64,000 nucleotides of DNA from Candidatus Omnitrophota bacterium (GTDB lineage Bacteria > Omnitrophota > Gorgyraeia > Zapsychrales > JAHFFX01): the NCBI GenBank assembly GCA_023247725.1, contig JAHFFW010000004.1:19921-83920 (forward strand), given 5' to 3'. The notes under the pieces are model-generated. The model ran no database searches, was not told the origin of the DNA, and was given only the letters and a program-made list of their open reading frames with translations. Positions 37,785 through 48,756 of the stretch are shown one piece after another; the stretch's first letter is position 1; each line of letters starts with the position of its first letter. Both the position numbers and the translations under genes were made by a program.

Positions 37785-38806
37785 CCAAGCGTTGGATTTT
37801 TTTTATCGTGTTGTCCCTATTGGCAGGCGGCTGTGCAACCGAAGGAAAGAGGCATTTGCGCAAATATCATGAATCCCGTTTCTTGATGTGGACGACGGTC
37901 CAATTGGATGTCTGCTATAACAGCGAACAACAAAAAGAATTGGAATTGGCCGTTGCTAAAGTCTGGGAACGGATGGGCGAGATTTCCTGGAAGCTCAATG
38001 TCTATGACGAGAAAAGCGATGTAGCGAAAATCAATCGGGCCTATCCGGCCGCCGTACCCGTAGAAAAGGAAACTTACCAAGTGCTGAAGGACGCCTTGCG
38101 CTATTATCAGTTAACCTCCGGACGCTTTGATGTGACCGTCTGGCCGCTCATTCAACTGTGGAGACAAAGTGAACAAGAGCACCATTTGCCTTCCGGTGAA
38201 GCAATGCAGCGGGTCCTGCAAATTTTGGGATCGGACAAGATCGAGCTTTTGCCGGATGAAAGCGTTCGGATGAAGAGTCCCAAAACCCAAATTGATTTGA
38301 GCAGTATCATTGACGGGTACGCGGCGGATGTGGCCAAACGGATTCTCCAGGCGGAAGGATTTTCCCAATTCCTTATTGATACCAGCGGTGAATTATACGC
38401 GGCCGGAAAAAATTGCGAAGGCCATGAGTGGAGGATCGGAATCCGGCACCCGCATAAACCCGATCAGATGATTGGCGTCATCGAAATCGAGAACCAGTCG
38501 GTCACGACCTCCGGCAACTATGAAAAATTTTATGAAATCGAGGGGAAGCGCTGGTCGCATATTTTGAATCCTTTAACCGGTTATCCGGAAAAAGGAATCG
38601 CCAGCGCCACCGTCATCGGCCCTAATACCGAAGATTCCGATGCCTTATCCACCGCCCTGTGCGTGTTGTCGCCGGAGAAAGGCATTGAACTCATCAATTC
38701 GTTAGGAGAGGATTGGGCGGCGGTTCTTTACCTCGAGGACGGCGAGAAGCTTCAGGAAGTGGAGAGTCGGAATTTTGCCAAGTACCGCCTGAGGGGAACT
38801 CGATAA
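37781..38806 (+). CDS. apbE: ApbE-family FAD:protein FMN transferase lipoprotein
   Basis: Signal peptide plus lipobox LLAGGC; FDVTVWP, IIDGYAAD, TSGNYEKF and SDALSTAL ApbE-like blocks. ATG 37781 overlaps the upstream TGA. Confidence 0.75.
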   Translation: MTKRWIFFIVLSLLAGGCATEGKRHLRKYHESRFLMWTTVQLDVCYNSEQQKELELAVAKVWERMGEISWKLNVYDEKSDVAKINRAYPAAVPVEKETYQVLKDALRYYQLTSGRFDVTVWPLIQLWRQSEQEHHLPSGEAMQRVLQILGSDKIELLPDESVRMKSPKTQIDLSSIIDGYAADVAKRILQAEGFSQFLIDTSGELYAAGKNCEGHEWRIGIRHPHKPDQMIGVIEIENQSVTTSGNYEKFYEIEGKRWSHILNPLTGYPEKGIASATVIGPNTEDSDALSTALCVLSPEKGIELINSLGEDWAAVLYLEDGEKLQEVESRNFAKYRLRGTR

Positions 38807-38847
38807 AAAATATTTGGAAATTTTTCGCAGCATTTTCAAATTGCGCT

Positions 38848-38874
38848 TTGAGCCAATAACCTTTTTGTTATAAT
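38848..38874 (+). promoter_or_regulatory. Promoter with extended -10 (TGTTATAAT) upstream of the glucan phosphorylase gene
   Basis: TG at 38866-67 and TATAAT at 38869-74; possible -35 TTGAGC at 38848-53 (short spacer). The same TTTTGTTATAAT motif occurs at 57011. Confidence 0.4.
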
Positions 38875-38917
38875 ATGACCTGCATCAAATCCGAAAATTC
38901 GAAAAAGGAGACAGATT

Positions 38918-40945
38918 TTGAAGGAAACTCTCGCCCAACAGGGTGCGACCTACGGCTATGAAGATTTTATTGGGTCCATTGATGATTTTGAGAACAGTTA
39001 TTCCCCGGATATCAATCCAAAGACCTATTTTGGATTCCCTTTAATTCCCATCCTGAACGCCGAAAAAGCTCTTTTGTCGACGGATGTCAAGTCCGTGGCC
39101 TATTTTTCCATGGAATACGGCATAGCCCCAAGCATTTATCATTCCTTTGGTCTCAGTCGACCCCTGGATGAAAAAAACCAGTTTTTCAACCATGAGGTTT
39201 TCTCGAATTATTGGCTGTGTGATTACATTTTTAAAATCCAGATTGATAAAACCTTGGATATCCCGTTGTATGGCGGCGGATTAGGAGTTCTGGCGGGCGA
39301 TGCCATCAAAAGTTCGGCGGATTTGGGATATTCCGTCGCGGGGATTGGCATTTTATGGAATAAGGGATACTTCAAACAAAATTTCTGGTACAAACATGGA
39401 CAAGTCCCGGAAGAAATGACCTGGAATCCCAGGCGCTATCCGGGCCTCATCCCTTTGAAAACTATGGTCACTGTCAAGACAAAAGAGGGAGAGTTGCATC
39501 TGCGCGTTTGGAAATACTATATTTATAGTTGGGATCAAGAAAGAGTCTGCCCGATTCTTCTGATTGATTCGAATCTGCCCCAGAACCCGGAACATTTCCG
39601 TAAGCTGAGCGATCAGCTTTACCGCAGCGATCATCCCTGGTGGAAGATTTTCCAGCGAATCATTCTAGGAATAGGAGGAGTGAAGGCTCTCGAATCCGTC
39701 GGATATTCGATTGATTGCTACCATCTGAACGAAGGCCATGCGGCCTTGTCCATATTGGAAAAATATATTTCTTCCGAAGAAAAAAATCATCCGGGGTCAG
39801 TCAGGAAAAATTTCGTGTATACCTGCCATACTCCCGTTGCGGCGGGGCATGACCGTTTTCCGGTCGGGGAGGTGGAGAAAATTCTATTGCCGGAATATGG
39901 GCAGGCGGCCCATCAATTTGGCAAGGAATTCCCGCATTCGGATCAAATCAATTTGACCTTCATGTCATTGAATACCTGCCCCAAGGTCAATGCAGTGGCC
40001 GTCAAGCATGGCGAAATCATGCGTATGCAGTTTCCGTTATTTGCACAGAAAATTATCTCGATCACCAACGGTGTGCACATTCATACCTGGATGTCCGAAA
40101 GTTTTAAAAAACTCTTGGACCAATATGAGTCCGTCTTTGGCGATTGGCGGCGAAGTCCGGAAAATTTATCCCGTATTAGAGATCTCCGCGACGATCAGCA
40201 CTTTCGCCAGAATCTTTTTGCCGCCCATCAAGTGAACAAACGCAATCTTATGACCCTCCTTAAACCCTGGGGGTTGGAAGAGGATGTTTTTACCTTGGCC
40301 TGGGCTCGAAGGATCGCCGGCTATAAAAGGCCGGCCCTTATTTTTCATAACTTTCAGCGAGTCGTCGATATGGCCTATCAATTAGGGAAGGTCCAATTGA
40401 TCCTGGCCGGAAAAGCTCATCCCAATGACAATATCGGTGCCGCCCATATCGACGAGATTTTAGAACATATCGATGCGGTCAATGAGCACGGCAAGGTGAT
40501 CAAGGTTCTTATCTTGGAAAATTATGATACATATTTTGGGAAACTTTTGACCAATTGTGTGGATGTCTGGCTCAATAACCCTCTGCCGCCCTTTGAAGCC
40601 TCGGGCACGAGCGGCATGAAGGCGATCCTGAACGGGGTTTTGCAATTGAGTACATTAGATGGCTGGGTGGTGGAGGCAGAACACGATGACATTGGCTGGA
40701 TCTTCGGTTATCGCCATCAGGGACCGGATATTGGCAGCGAGGCCGATCTCCGACTCGAGGAAGACTCGGCGGCGCTTTATCAAATTTTGGAATCGGTCAT
40801 CCGACTGTATTATGCCACCAATAGGCAGGGAACGATCAATGCCCAGAGTCCCTGGCTTGACAAAATGATCAATTGCGTTGCCCGGGGCGGTTACTTTAAT
40901 GCTCAGCGTATGATGCAGGAATATTTTGAAAAGATGTGGCATTAA
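38918..40945 (+). CDS. glgP: Alpha-glucan (glycogen) phosphorylase, GT35, short bacterial/archaeal type
   Basis: GGGLGVLAGD, EASGTSGMK PLP-lysine motif; TTG start as given by the track. Confidence 0.85.
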   Translation: MKETLAQQGATYGYEDFIGSIDDFENSYSPDINPKTYFGFPLIPILNAEKALLSTDVKSVAYFSMEYGIAPSIYHSFGLSRPLDEKNQFFNHEVFSNYWLCDYIFKIQIDKTLDIPLYGGGLGVLAGDAIKSSADLGYSVAGIGILWNKGYFKQNFWYKHGQVPEEMTWNPRRYPGLIPLKTMVTVKTKEGELHLRVWKYYIYSWDQERVCPILLIDSNLPQNPEHFRKLSDQLYRSDHPWWKIFQRIILGIGGVKALESVGYSIDCYHLNEGHAALSILEKYISSEEKNHPGSVRKNFVYTCHTPVAAGHDRFPVGEVEKILLPEYGQAAHQFGKEFPHSDQINLTFMSLNTCPKVNAVAVKHGEIMRMQFPLFAQKIISITNGVHIHTWMSESFKKLLDQYESVFGDWRRSPENLSRIRDLRDDQHFRQNLFAAHQVNKRNLMTLLKPWGLEEDVFTLAWARRIAGYKRPALIFHNFQRVVDMAYQLGKVQLILAGKAHPNDNIGAAHIDEILEHIDAVNEHGKVIKVLILENYDTYFGKLLTNCVDVWLNNPLPPFEASGTSGMKAILNGVLQLSTLDGWVVEAEHDDIGWIFGYRHQGPDIGSEADLRLEEDSAALYQILESVIRLYYATNRQGTINAQSPWLDKMINCVARGGYFNAQRMMQEYFEKMWH

Positions 40946-40948
40946 GTC

Positions 40949-41764
40949 ATGAAACAATATCTTGATTTGGTTAATTTCATTCTAAAAAACGGCAGCCCAA
41001 AACAGGATCGAACCGGTACGGGAACGCTCTCCATCTTTGGTTATCAGATGCGTTATGATTTGCGTGACGGATTTCCGCTTTTGACCACCAAAAAAGTTTT
41101 ATTTTCAGCGGTCGTCCGGGAATTGCTTTGGTTCCTGAAAGGATCCACCAACATCAACGATGATCTCAAAGCGCACACCCCTATCTGGAATGCCTGGGCC
41201 GATGAGCACGGGGAACTCGGTCCGGTTTACGGCTATCAATGGCGCAAGTGGGAGCAATTCATCTGGGATGAAAAAAATAAAACTTATCAAAAGAACCATA
41301 TTGATCAAATGGCCCATGCCATCGCTATGATTAAGGCTGAGCCGCAGTCACGCCGGATCATCGTCAGTGCCTGGAATGTCGCCGATCTTGATCAAATGGC
41401 CCTGCCTCCCTGCCATGCCTTTTTCCAATTTTATGTTGTGGATGGCCGTTTGGATTGTCAACTGTATCAGCGTTCGGCGGATGTTGCTTTGGGTGTCCCT
41501 TTTAATATCGCCAGTTATGCGCTGTTGATGAGCCTGGTCGCAAAGGAGTGCCGTTTGTCTCCCGGAATTTTTGTTCACACCTTGGGTGATGCCCATATCT
41601 ATCTGAATCATGTGGACGGATTGAAATTGCAACTCCAGCGCAAACCCTTACCTTTGCCCCGCCTGCAGCTGTCTGATAAAAAAGTTTTAGAGATGACCTT
41701 CGAAGACATCCATCTGCTCCATTATCAGCATCATGAGTTTATCAAGTTTCCCATTGCGGTTTAA
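40949..41764 (+). CDS. thyA: Thymidylate synthase
   Basis: [18 protein letters not shown] catalytic Cys region, RSADV. Confidence 0.9.
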   Translation: MKQYLDLVNFILKNGSPKQDRTGTGTLSIFGYQMRYDLRDGFPLLTTKKVLFSAVVRELLWFLKGSTNINDDLKAHTPIWNAWADEHGELGPVYGYQWRKWEQFIWDEKNKTYQKNHIDQMAHAIAMIKAEPQSRRIIVSAWNVADLDQMALPPCHAFFQFYVVDGRLDCQLYQRSADVALGVPFNIASYALLMSLVAKECRLSPGIFVHTLGDAHIYLNHVDGLKLQLQRKPLPLPRLQLSDKKVLEMTFEDIHLLHYQHHEFIKFPIAV

Positions 41765-41767
41765 TTC

Positions 41768-42316
41768 ATGAGGGCATTTTCCATCATTGTCGCCGTCGAT
41801 GCTCACTTAGGAATAGGGAAGGGCGGCCAGCTCCCCTGGCATTTGCCGACGGATTTAAAACACTTTAAAGACATTACGAACCGGACGCAGCATCCCGGTA
41901 AAATGAATGCGGTCATTATGGGCCGCAAAACTTGGCTAGCTTTGCCGGAAAGATTTCGGCCATTGCCAAAACGCTACAATGTTGTCTTGAGCCGCAGTCA
42001 GGATTCCACTCGCTTTGTTTCAGCTTCTTACCTAGCAAGAAATTTCAATGAAACGATGGAGTTTTTGGCGCAATCTCCTCAAGACCAGAAAATTGAAAAT
42101 ATCTTTATCATTGGAGGCGGACAGGTTTTTCAACAGACCGTAATCCTCCCGGCCTGCAACAAAATTTACCTCACCAAAATCCTTTTCGATTTCCAGTGTG
42201 ACACGTTCTTTCCGCCGATTCCTCCTGACTTCCAGGAAGTCTCCAAATCATCGTTACAAACAGAACAATCATTGAGTTTTTATTTCAGCGAGTGGCATCG
42301 CACGCCGATTTCTTAA
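41768..42316 (+). CDS. folA: Dihydrofolate reductase
   Basis: IVAVD...IGKGGQLPW, VIMGRKTW motifs; immediately downstream of thyA. Confidence 0.85.
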   Translation: MRAFSIIVAVDAHLGIGKGGQLPWHLPTDLKHFKDITNRTQHPGKMNAVIMGRKTWLALPERFRPLPKRYNVVLSRSQDSTRFVSASYLARNFNETMEFLAQSPQDQKIENIFIIGGGQVFQQTVILPACNKIYLTKILFDFQCDTFFPPIPPDFQEVSKSSLQTEQSLSFYFSEWHRTPIS

Positions 42317-42531
42317 CAATTTTTTGGCGATTTTTGGAAACGTTTCCTAAAAATCCGGGTTATTCGCTAAGTTATTATTACAGGCTGGTTTGTAGCAACT
42401 CAGGAAAAATCCCTGAAAAAATTTCCCAAAGTTCGCATGGTAGAATTTTTGTAAGTCATTTATACTTAAGATGATTCTGCAACATTATGTCTTCTGGAAT
42501 TCGGAACATAGTGGAGGGCTGTGTTTAGGAA

Positions 42532-43728
42532 TTGCTCTTCCAGGAACATATGATCATTCCTAAAAAAATTAGCAGCAAGAAGCAGATTCTGGTTGTTGAT
42601 GACGAAAAAAGCATCACGCAAATGTTGGCCATGCTCCTTGAAACCCGCGGGTATGAAGTCAACATCGCTTCTTGCGGAAAAGAAGCCATTGACAAAGCGC
42701 AGCACCACAACCTTGATCTGATCCTGCTTGATCTGATCCTTCCCGATGTAGAAGGGTTTGAAGTCTGCCGTCGTCTGAAAGAAGAAAAAAGCACTCAGCA
42801 TATCCCCATCATCATCCTTAGTTCCAAATACCTATACGAAGATAAAGTCGAGGGCCTTTACCTGGGGGCCGATGATTATTTAACGAAACCATTCGATCAT
42901 GAGGAGCTTTTTGCTCGGATGGAAGCGGTCATGCGGCGCGGGCTTTTTGGCGGCCTGGATATAGCTCACGACGGCGCGGAAGCGTTGATTATCGAGTTAC
43001 GGAAAATCATCGATCAAGAATTGATCGTTCCCTTCTACCAGCCGATTTATTCATTTTGGCAGAAGAAGGTCTTTGGACTGGAGGTCCTTAGCCGACCGCG
43101 AACTCAAAGCATCTTGGCAAATCCAGAATTACTTTTTAAAGCGGCTTTACAATTTGGTCTTTATCCCGATTTAGAGTTGTTGGCCTGGAGAAAGGCCATA
43201 GGTCCTATTGCCCCGCAGTTGCAAGGAAAAAAATTATTTTTGAATTGCAATCCCTATCTCATCGAAGGTCCCAAATTTCTCAAAGTCAGATCCATTTTTG
43301 AGGAGAATCAAATACGACCACAGGATGTAGTTTTGGAGCTCACGGAACGCTCGGCCATTTCGGATTTTAAGGCATTTTATGATTGCCTTAAGCACTATAA
43401 AGAATGCGGATTTAAGATTGCTGTCGATGATGTGGGCGGGGGTTATGCCAGTCTCGAGGCCATTGTGGAAATCCATCCGGAAGTGGTGAAAATTGATCGT
43501 CACATCGTTAATGAACTCAGATTAGATCCATTTAAGAAAAGCATTGTGAAATTTGTGGTGGCCTTCTGCAGGGAAAATAACATCATGGCCATTGCCGAAG
43601 GAATTGAAACAAGAGAAGACCTCCAATCGCTCTTGGAGATTGGAATCGAGGCAGGCCAGGGCTATTATCTTTTTAGACCCAGCCCCAGGGTCGATATGGT
43701 CGCTATGAATAAAAATCTCCCCTTTTAA
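42532..43728 (+). CDS. Response regulator with receiver and EAL (c-di-GMP phosphodiesterase) domains
   Basis: ILVVDDE...LILLDLILPD receiver with phospho-acceptor Asp; ELTER, DDVGGGYASL EAL motifs. Confidence 0.8.
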   Translation: MLFQEHMIIPKKISSKKQILVVDDEKSITQMLAMLLETRGYEVNIASCGKEAIDKAQHHNLDLILLDLILPDVEGFEVCRRLKEEKSTQHIPIIILSSKYLYEDKVEGLYLGADDYLTKPFDHEELFARMEAVMRRGLFGGLDIAHDGAEALIIELRKIIDQELIVPFYQPIYSFWQKKVFGLEVLSRPRTQSILANPELLFKAALQFGLYPDLELLAWRKAIGPIAPQLQGKKLFLNCNPYLIEGPKFLKVRSIFEENQIRPQDVVLELTERSAISDFKAFYDCLKHYKECGFKIAVDDVGGGYASLEAIVEIHPEVVKIDRHIVNELRLDPFKKSIVKFVVAFCRENNIMAIAEGIETREDLQSLLEIGIEAGQGYYLFRPSPRVDMVAMNKNLPF

Positions 43729-43782
43729 TCCTCCTTAAATCCGTTCGTTTTCAACTCGTTCCTGTCGAAAAGTAAGTTCTTT

Positions 43783-43810
43783 TTGCAAATTGTAATTTCC
43801 TCATTATAAT
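43783..43810 (+). promoter_or_regulatory. Sigma70-like promoter upstream of glgB
   Basis: TTGCAA (43783-88), 16-nt spacer, TATAAT (43805-10). Confidence 0.45.
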
Positions 43811-43913
43811 GATGATGTTTTCGCAGTTCCGTTGGATTCTTCATCTTACGTCCGTCCCTTTGAATTGATTTCATTCCTGTTCTTTCTGCAGTTCGAGTCA
43901 AAAAATTGAGTCT

Positions 43914-45818
43914 ATGCTTGTGACCAAAATCTACCAGCCCATGTCAGAATCGGATGTTTACCTTTTCAAAGAAGGGAATCATTTCCGTTTATACGAATTT
44001 TTAGGGGCTCACCCGATGGTTCAAGATGACCGGCTAGGAACGCATTTCGCCGTCTGGGCGCCTAATGCCCGGCAGGTTTCAGTGATCGCAGAGTTCAATG
44101 GGTGGAATCCGCACGCTCATAAGCTTTTTGCGCGTTGGGACGGCTCGGGTATTTGGGAGGGATTTGTCCCCGAGGCGCAAAAAGGCCATCTCTATAAATA
44201 TCAGATTGTTTCCAATTACAATAATTACAAGGTCGAAAAGAAAGATCCCTTTTCTTTTTGGGGCGAACGCCCGCCGCAGACCGCTTCCGTCATATGGGAT
44301 CTTGATTATGAATGGCATGATTCCCGCTGGATGCAGAATCGGCAAAACGTCAACAGCCTTGACAAGCCCTGGGCCATTTATGAAATGCATTTGGGATCCT
44401 GGCGCCGGAACGTCGAGGAACACAATCGATTTTTGACCTATCGCGAGATTGCGGATTATTTGATTCCTTATCTGAAAGATATGGGCTATACCCACGTGCA
44501 ATTGATGCCGGTCATGGAGCACCCGTTTTATGGTTCCTGGGGCTATCAGTCGGTGGGTTATTTTTGCGCCACCAGCCGTTACGGCACTCCGCAGGATTTG
44601 TTGTCTCTTATTGATCAACTGCATCAGAACGACATTGGGGTGATCCTCGATTGGGTGCCTTCCCATTTTCCGACGGATGCGCACGGCTTATCCTATTTTG
44701 ACGGGACTCATTTGTACGAGCATGCCGACCCGCGCAAAGGTTACCACCCAGACTGGAGCAGTTACATTTTTAATTATGGCCGCAATGAGGTCAAAGAGTT
44801 TCTCATTAGTTCCGCCTTATTCTGGCTGGATCAATATCATGCGGATGGATTGAGAGTGGATGGAGTGGCCTCTATGCTTTATCTGGATTATTCCCGCAAA
44901 GAGGGAGAGTGGAATCCCAACGAATACGGCGGAAGGGAAAATATTGAGGCCATCAATTTTATCAAGCGCTTGAATGAGGTCGTTTATGCCGATTATCCGG
45001 GAGTGCAAATGATTGCGGAAGAGTCGACGGCCTGGCCCATGGTTTCGCGTCCAATTTATTCCGGAGGACTTGGATTTGGCATGAAATGGAATATGGGATG
45101 GATGCACGATACCTTGGAATATTTCTCTAAGGATCCCATTTACCGAAAATTCCATCACCAAGAATTGACCTTTAGCATGCTTTATGCCTTCACGGAAAAT
45201 TTTGTCTTAGCCTTCTCCCATGACGAGGTTGTTCACGGCAAGGGATCGCTTCTGAACAAAATGCCTAACGATGACTGGCAGAAATTTGCGAATCTGCGGC
45301 TGTTGTATGGTTATATGTATGGCCATCCGGGAAAAAAATTGCTCTTTATGGGCGGAGAATTTGCCCAGCGCAACGAATGGTATCACGAACAGAGTCTGGA
45401 TTGGCATCTTTTGCAATATGGCCCGCACCAGGGGATCCAGCGCTGGGTGCGGGATCTCAACCATTTTTACACCCATGAACCGGTCTTGTTCCAAAGGGAT
45501 TTTTCCTCTGAGGGTTTTGAATGGATTGATTGCCAGGACTGGCAACAGGGGGTGATTAGCTTTATCCGCAAGTGCCCTGGTCACAAACCGCTCGTGGTTG
45601 TTTGCAATCTGACGCCGACGGTTCGCCAGGATTACCGGATTGGAGTTCCCGAAGGGGGTTTTTGGGAATTGGTTCTCAATAGCGATGCAGCGCCATACGG
45701 AGGAAGCGGCCTGATCCATGGCGGCCAATCGGCCCAGGCCATCAGCTTTCACCAGCGAAGATTTTCTTTAAACTTGACCTTGCCTTCCCTCTGCGCCCTT
45801 TTTCTTAAATTAACCTGA
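43914..45818 (+). CDS. glgB: 1,4-alpha-glucan branching enzyme (GH13)
   Basis: FAVWAPNA, GVILDWVPSHF, ADGLRVDGVASMLY; about 634 aa. Confidence 0.85.
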   Translation: MLVTKIYQPMSESDVYLFKEGNHFRLYEFLGAHPMVQDDRLGTHFAVWAPNARQVSVIAEFNGWNPHAHKLFARWDGSGIWEGFVPEAQKGHLYKYQIVSNYNNYKVEKKDPFSFWGERPPQTASVIWDLDYEWHDSRWMQNRQNVNSLDKPWAIYEMHLGSWRRNVEEHNRFLTYREIADYLIPYLKDMGYTHVQLMPVMEHPFYGSWGYQSVGYFCATSRYGTPQDLLSLIDQLHQNDIGVILDWVPSHFPTDAHGLSYFDGTHLYEHADPRKGYHPDWSSYIFNYGRNEVKEFLISSALFWLDQYHADGLRVDGVASMLYLDYSRKEGEWNPNEYGGRENIEAINFIKRLNEVVYADYPGVQMIAEESTAWPMVSRPIYSGGLGFGMKWNMGWMHDTLEYFSKDPIYRKFHHQELTFSMLYAFTENFVLAFSHDEVVHGKGSLLNKMPNDDWQKFANLRLLYGYMYGHPGKKLLFMGGEFAQRNEWYHEQSLDWHLLQYGPHQGIQRWVRDLNHFYTHEPVLFQRDFSSEGFEWIDCQDWQQGVISFIRKCPGHKPLVVVCNLTPTVRQDYRIGVPEGGFWELVLNSDAAPYGGSGLIHGGQSAQAISFHQRRFSLNLTLPSLCALFLKLT

Positions 45819-45849
45819 GCTCAATAATCTGAAATATTGTTTGAATTCC

Positions 45850-45878
45850 TTGACGGGTATTTCTTTCCGAATTAAGAT
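45850..45878 (+). promoter_or_regulatory. Sigma70-like promoter upstream of the small wHTH-like gene
   Basis: TTGACG (45850-55), 17-nt spacer, TAAGAT (45873-78). Confidence 0.4.
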
Positions 45879-45929
45879 ACTTTATATTTAAAACCATGCT
45901 TTTTCGCTAATCTTGAGAGGAGAATTGAT

Positions 45930-46250
45930 ATGAGTAAAGAAGAGGTCATTGAGACCGCCGGTAAAACTTGGAGGACTCTCGCTGAAAAAGGAGAGACCTC
46001 GATTGCCGATCTAGCCAAGATCCTGCAGCAAGAAGAAGAATTAGTTTGCCAAGCCATCGGCTGGCTTGCCCGCGAAGATAAAATCAATTACAACACCCGA
46101 AATAATAAGACGATGGTGTCGCTCGTTGAATCCGAAATACGGTCATTTGCGGGTTTGATGCAGCAAGCCCAGGCCGGTGAAGAAAATCCTGTCGCTCGAA
46201 AAAGCAATGCATTGACCGGCAAAACGAAAAATACACGCCGAATTTCATAA
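45930..46250 (+). CDS. Small winged-helix-like protein of unknown function
   Basis: 106-aa ORF with a helix-turn-helix-like segment (SIADLAKILQQEEELVCQAIGWLARE); sits between glgB and the GH57 gene. Confidence 0.4.
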   Translation: MSKEEVIETAGKTWRTLAEKGETSIADLAKILQQEEELVCQAIGWLAREDKINYNTRNNKTMVSLVESEIRSFAGLMQQAQAGEENPVARKSNALTGKTKNTRRIS

Positions 46251-46338
46251 ATTCCTAAAATAGAGCGCCACCAAGTCAAGAAACTGTCTTCTGCGATAAC
46301 CGATGGTATAAGTCCAAAGGAAGGAAGAAAGCAAGCAG

Positions 46339-48756
46339 TTGAAACACAATGTTTGTATCCACGGCCATTTTTATCAGCCACCCCGTGAAAATGCCTGGCT
46401 GGAAGAAATCGAAATACAGGAATCGGCCTATCCTTACCATGACTGGAATGAGCGGGTAACGGCGGAATGTTACGCCCCCAATACCGCCTCGCGCATTCTG
46501 GATTCCAAGAAAAAAATCGTCGACATTGTCAATAATTATCCGAAGATGAGCTTTGACTTCGGACCGACGCTATTGTCTTGGATGGAGCGCCATGCCCCCG
46601 GAATTTACCAAGCGATCCTTGTTTCTGATCGTCTCAGTCAAGAGCGCTTCTCTGGCCATGGTTCGGCGATCGCCCAGGCGTATAATCATATGATTATGCC
46701 GTTGGCCAATTCCCGCGACAAAATCACTCAGGTTATCTGGGGGATCAGAGATTTTCACTATCGTTTCGGCCGGGACCCTAAAGGGATGTGGTTGCCGGAG
46801 ACAGCGGTGGATTTAGAAACCCTTGACATTCTGGCCGAACACAAGATTCAATTCACCATCTTGGCTCCGCATCAGGCCAAGCGAGTGCGCGAACTGGGAG
46901 ACGAACAGTGGTCCGATGCCAGTGGCGAGAAGATCGATCCCAAATATCCCTATCTGTGCCGTTTGCCGTCGGGTCGTTCAATCGTTCTGTTTTTTTATGA
47001 CGGGCCGGTTTCTCAAGATGTCGCTTTCCGGGGCCTTTTGGGCAATGGTCAGGCCTTCGCCGAACGCTTGGTGGGAATCTTTCCGGAAAATTCGCACGAA
47101 GAGCTGTTGGAGCATATCGCCACGGATGGAGAAACCTATGGCCATCACCATCGTTTTGGGGATATGGCGCTCGCCTACTGCTTTCATTATCTGGAAAAAA
47201 ATAAACTCGCCCGAATTATGATTTACAGCGAATATTTGGAATATCATCCCCCAGAAAAAGAAGTCGAAATCATTGAACAAACCTCCTGGAGTTGCGCTCA
47301 TGGGGTGGAACGCTGGCGTTTCAACTGCGGTTGCAGTATTGGACGAACTCCCGGATGGACCCAAGCCTGGCGGGCCCCGCTTCGTCAGGCCTTGGATCTG
47401 GTTCGCGATGCACTCATCCCGATTTATGAAGACCGAATGAAGCAATTCTCCCCCGATCCTTGGAAGGCCAGAGATCATTATATCGAAGTTATCCTGGATC
47501 GATCGGTGGCCAATGTCGAGCGATTCCTTGCGGATTTTTGTCGTCCGGGTTTGGCGGCGGAAGAAAAAATTCAGTGTTTGAAACTTTTAGAAATGCAGCG
47601 TCAGGCCATGCTCATGTATACCAGTTGTGGCTGGTTCTTCGACGATATTTCCGGAGTGGAAGCCGTGCAGGTCATGCAATACGCGGCCCGGGCCATACAA
47701 CTCGCCAGAGATTTGGCGGGCATTGAACTCGAGGGGAAATTCAAAAAAATTTTACAAAAGGCTACGAGCAATGTGAAAGGATTAAAAGATGGCGCCCTCA
47801 TTTATGACTTTTATATTCGCCCCAAGGTGATTGGGCTCATGGACGTGGGAGCGCATTATGCGATGTCCTCGATTTTTGAGGATTATCCCGATTCCGTCAA
47901 ATTGTTTTGCTACGAAGTGAGTCGACAAGATTACGAAAAAAGGCAAAAGGATGATGAAAGGCTGATTTTGGGACGGGCCACGCTGCGTTCGCAGGTTACT
48001 TGGGAAGAGATCCGATTCAGCTTTGCGGTCATTTATGCCCAGGAACATAATTACCGCGGGTCGCTAAAGCTGGATATGGATGAACAACACTACGAACGAA
48101 TGAAACAAGATTTGTTGGAGGCTTTCGGCAAAGGGGAGACCGCCAAGGTCCTGGAGGAGATGACCGACCATTTCGGAAAGGAAATCTACTCGTTCTGGAA
48201 TTTATTTCCCAATCAGCAAGAGAAGGCCCTCAGTCATATCCTTAAACCTGCCCTGGAGAATATCCGTTTCCTTTTCCACAGTATCTTTGACCACCAATCC
48301 CCATTATTGGCATCACAGGAAAGTTTGCGGATTGCTTTACCGCGCACGCTGGCCATGACGGTTGAATTTGCCGTTAATCGAGATCTGCGCGAACTCTTAC
48401 TTTATCCCAACATCAATCTGGAAGAATTGCAGCGTCTGGTGGATGAGGTCAAAAGCTGGTCATTCCAATTGGATGATGCCTCCTTAAGTTTTGCAGCGAC
48501 CAAGAAGATTAATGACCTCATGCAGCAACTAGCCAAAGAACCGCTCAATAAAGAGCTTTTGTCTACGATTGAGACTGTTTTTAAAACTCTGAAAATTCTC
48601 CATTTGCCTTTGGAACGTTGGCGAGCTCAAAATATTTATTTTTCCATTGGGAAGGAACATCTCAAGATGATGCAAGAGCGTGCCGCAAAACAAGACGATG
48701 AAGCGAAAGCATGGTTGGAGCATTTCAACAATCTCGGAACCTATCTTGAAATTTGA
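46339..48756 (+). CDS. Glycoside hydrolase family 57 protein with long C-terminal extension
   Basis: HGHFYQPPRE GH57 signature at the N-terminus; about 805 aa; TTG start as in the track. Confidence 0.8.
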   Translation: MKHNVCIHGHFYQPPRENAWLEEIEIQESAYPYHDWNERVTAECYAPNTASRILDSKKKIVDIVNNYPKMSFDFGPTLLSWMERHAPGIYQAILVSDRLSQERFSGHGSAIAQAYNHMIMPLANSRDKITQVIWGIRDFHYRFGRDPKGMWLPETAVDLETLDILAEHKIQFTILAPHQAKRVRELGDEQWSDASGEKIDPKYPYLCRLPSGRSIVLFFYDGPVSQDVAFRGLLGNGQAFAERLVGIFPENSHEELLEHIATDGETYGHHHRFGDMALAYCFHYLEKNKLARIMIYSEYLEYHPPEKEVEIIEQTSWSCAHGVERWRFNCGCSIGRTPGWTQAWRAPLRQALDLVRDALIPIYEDRMKQFSPDPWKARDHYIEVILDRSVANVERFLADFCRPGLAAEEKIQCLKLLEMQRQAMLMYTSCGWFFDDISGVEAVQVMQYAARAIQLARDLAGIELEGKFKKILQKATSNVKGLKDGALIYDFYIRPKVIGLMDVGAHYAMSSIFEDYPDSVKLFCYEVSRQDYEKRQKDDERLILGRATLRSQVTWEEIRFSFAVIYAQEHNYRGSLKLDMDEQHYERMKQDLLEAFGKGETAKVLEEMTDHFGKEIYSFWNLFPNQQEKALSHILKPALENIRFLFHSIFDHQSPLLASQESLRIALPRTLAMTVEFAVNRDLRELLLYPNINLEELQRLVDEVKSWSFQLDDASLSFAATKKINDLMQQLAKEPLNKELLSTIETVFKTLKILHLPLERWRAQNIYFSIGKEHLKMMQERAAKQDDEAKAWLEHFNNLGTYLEI

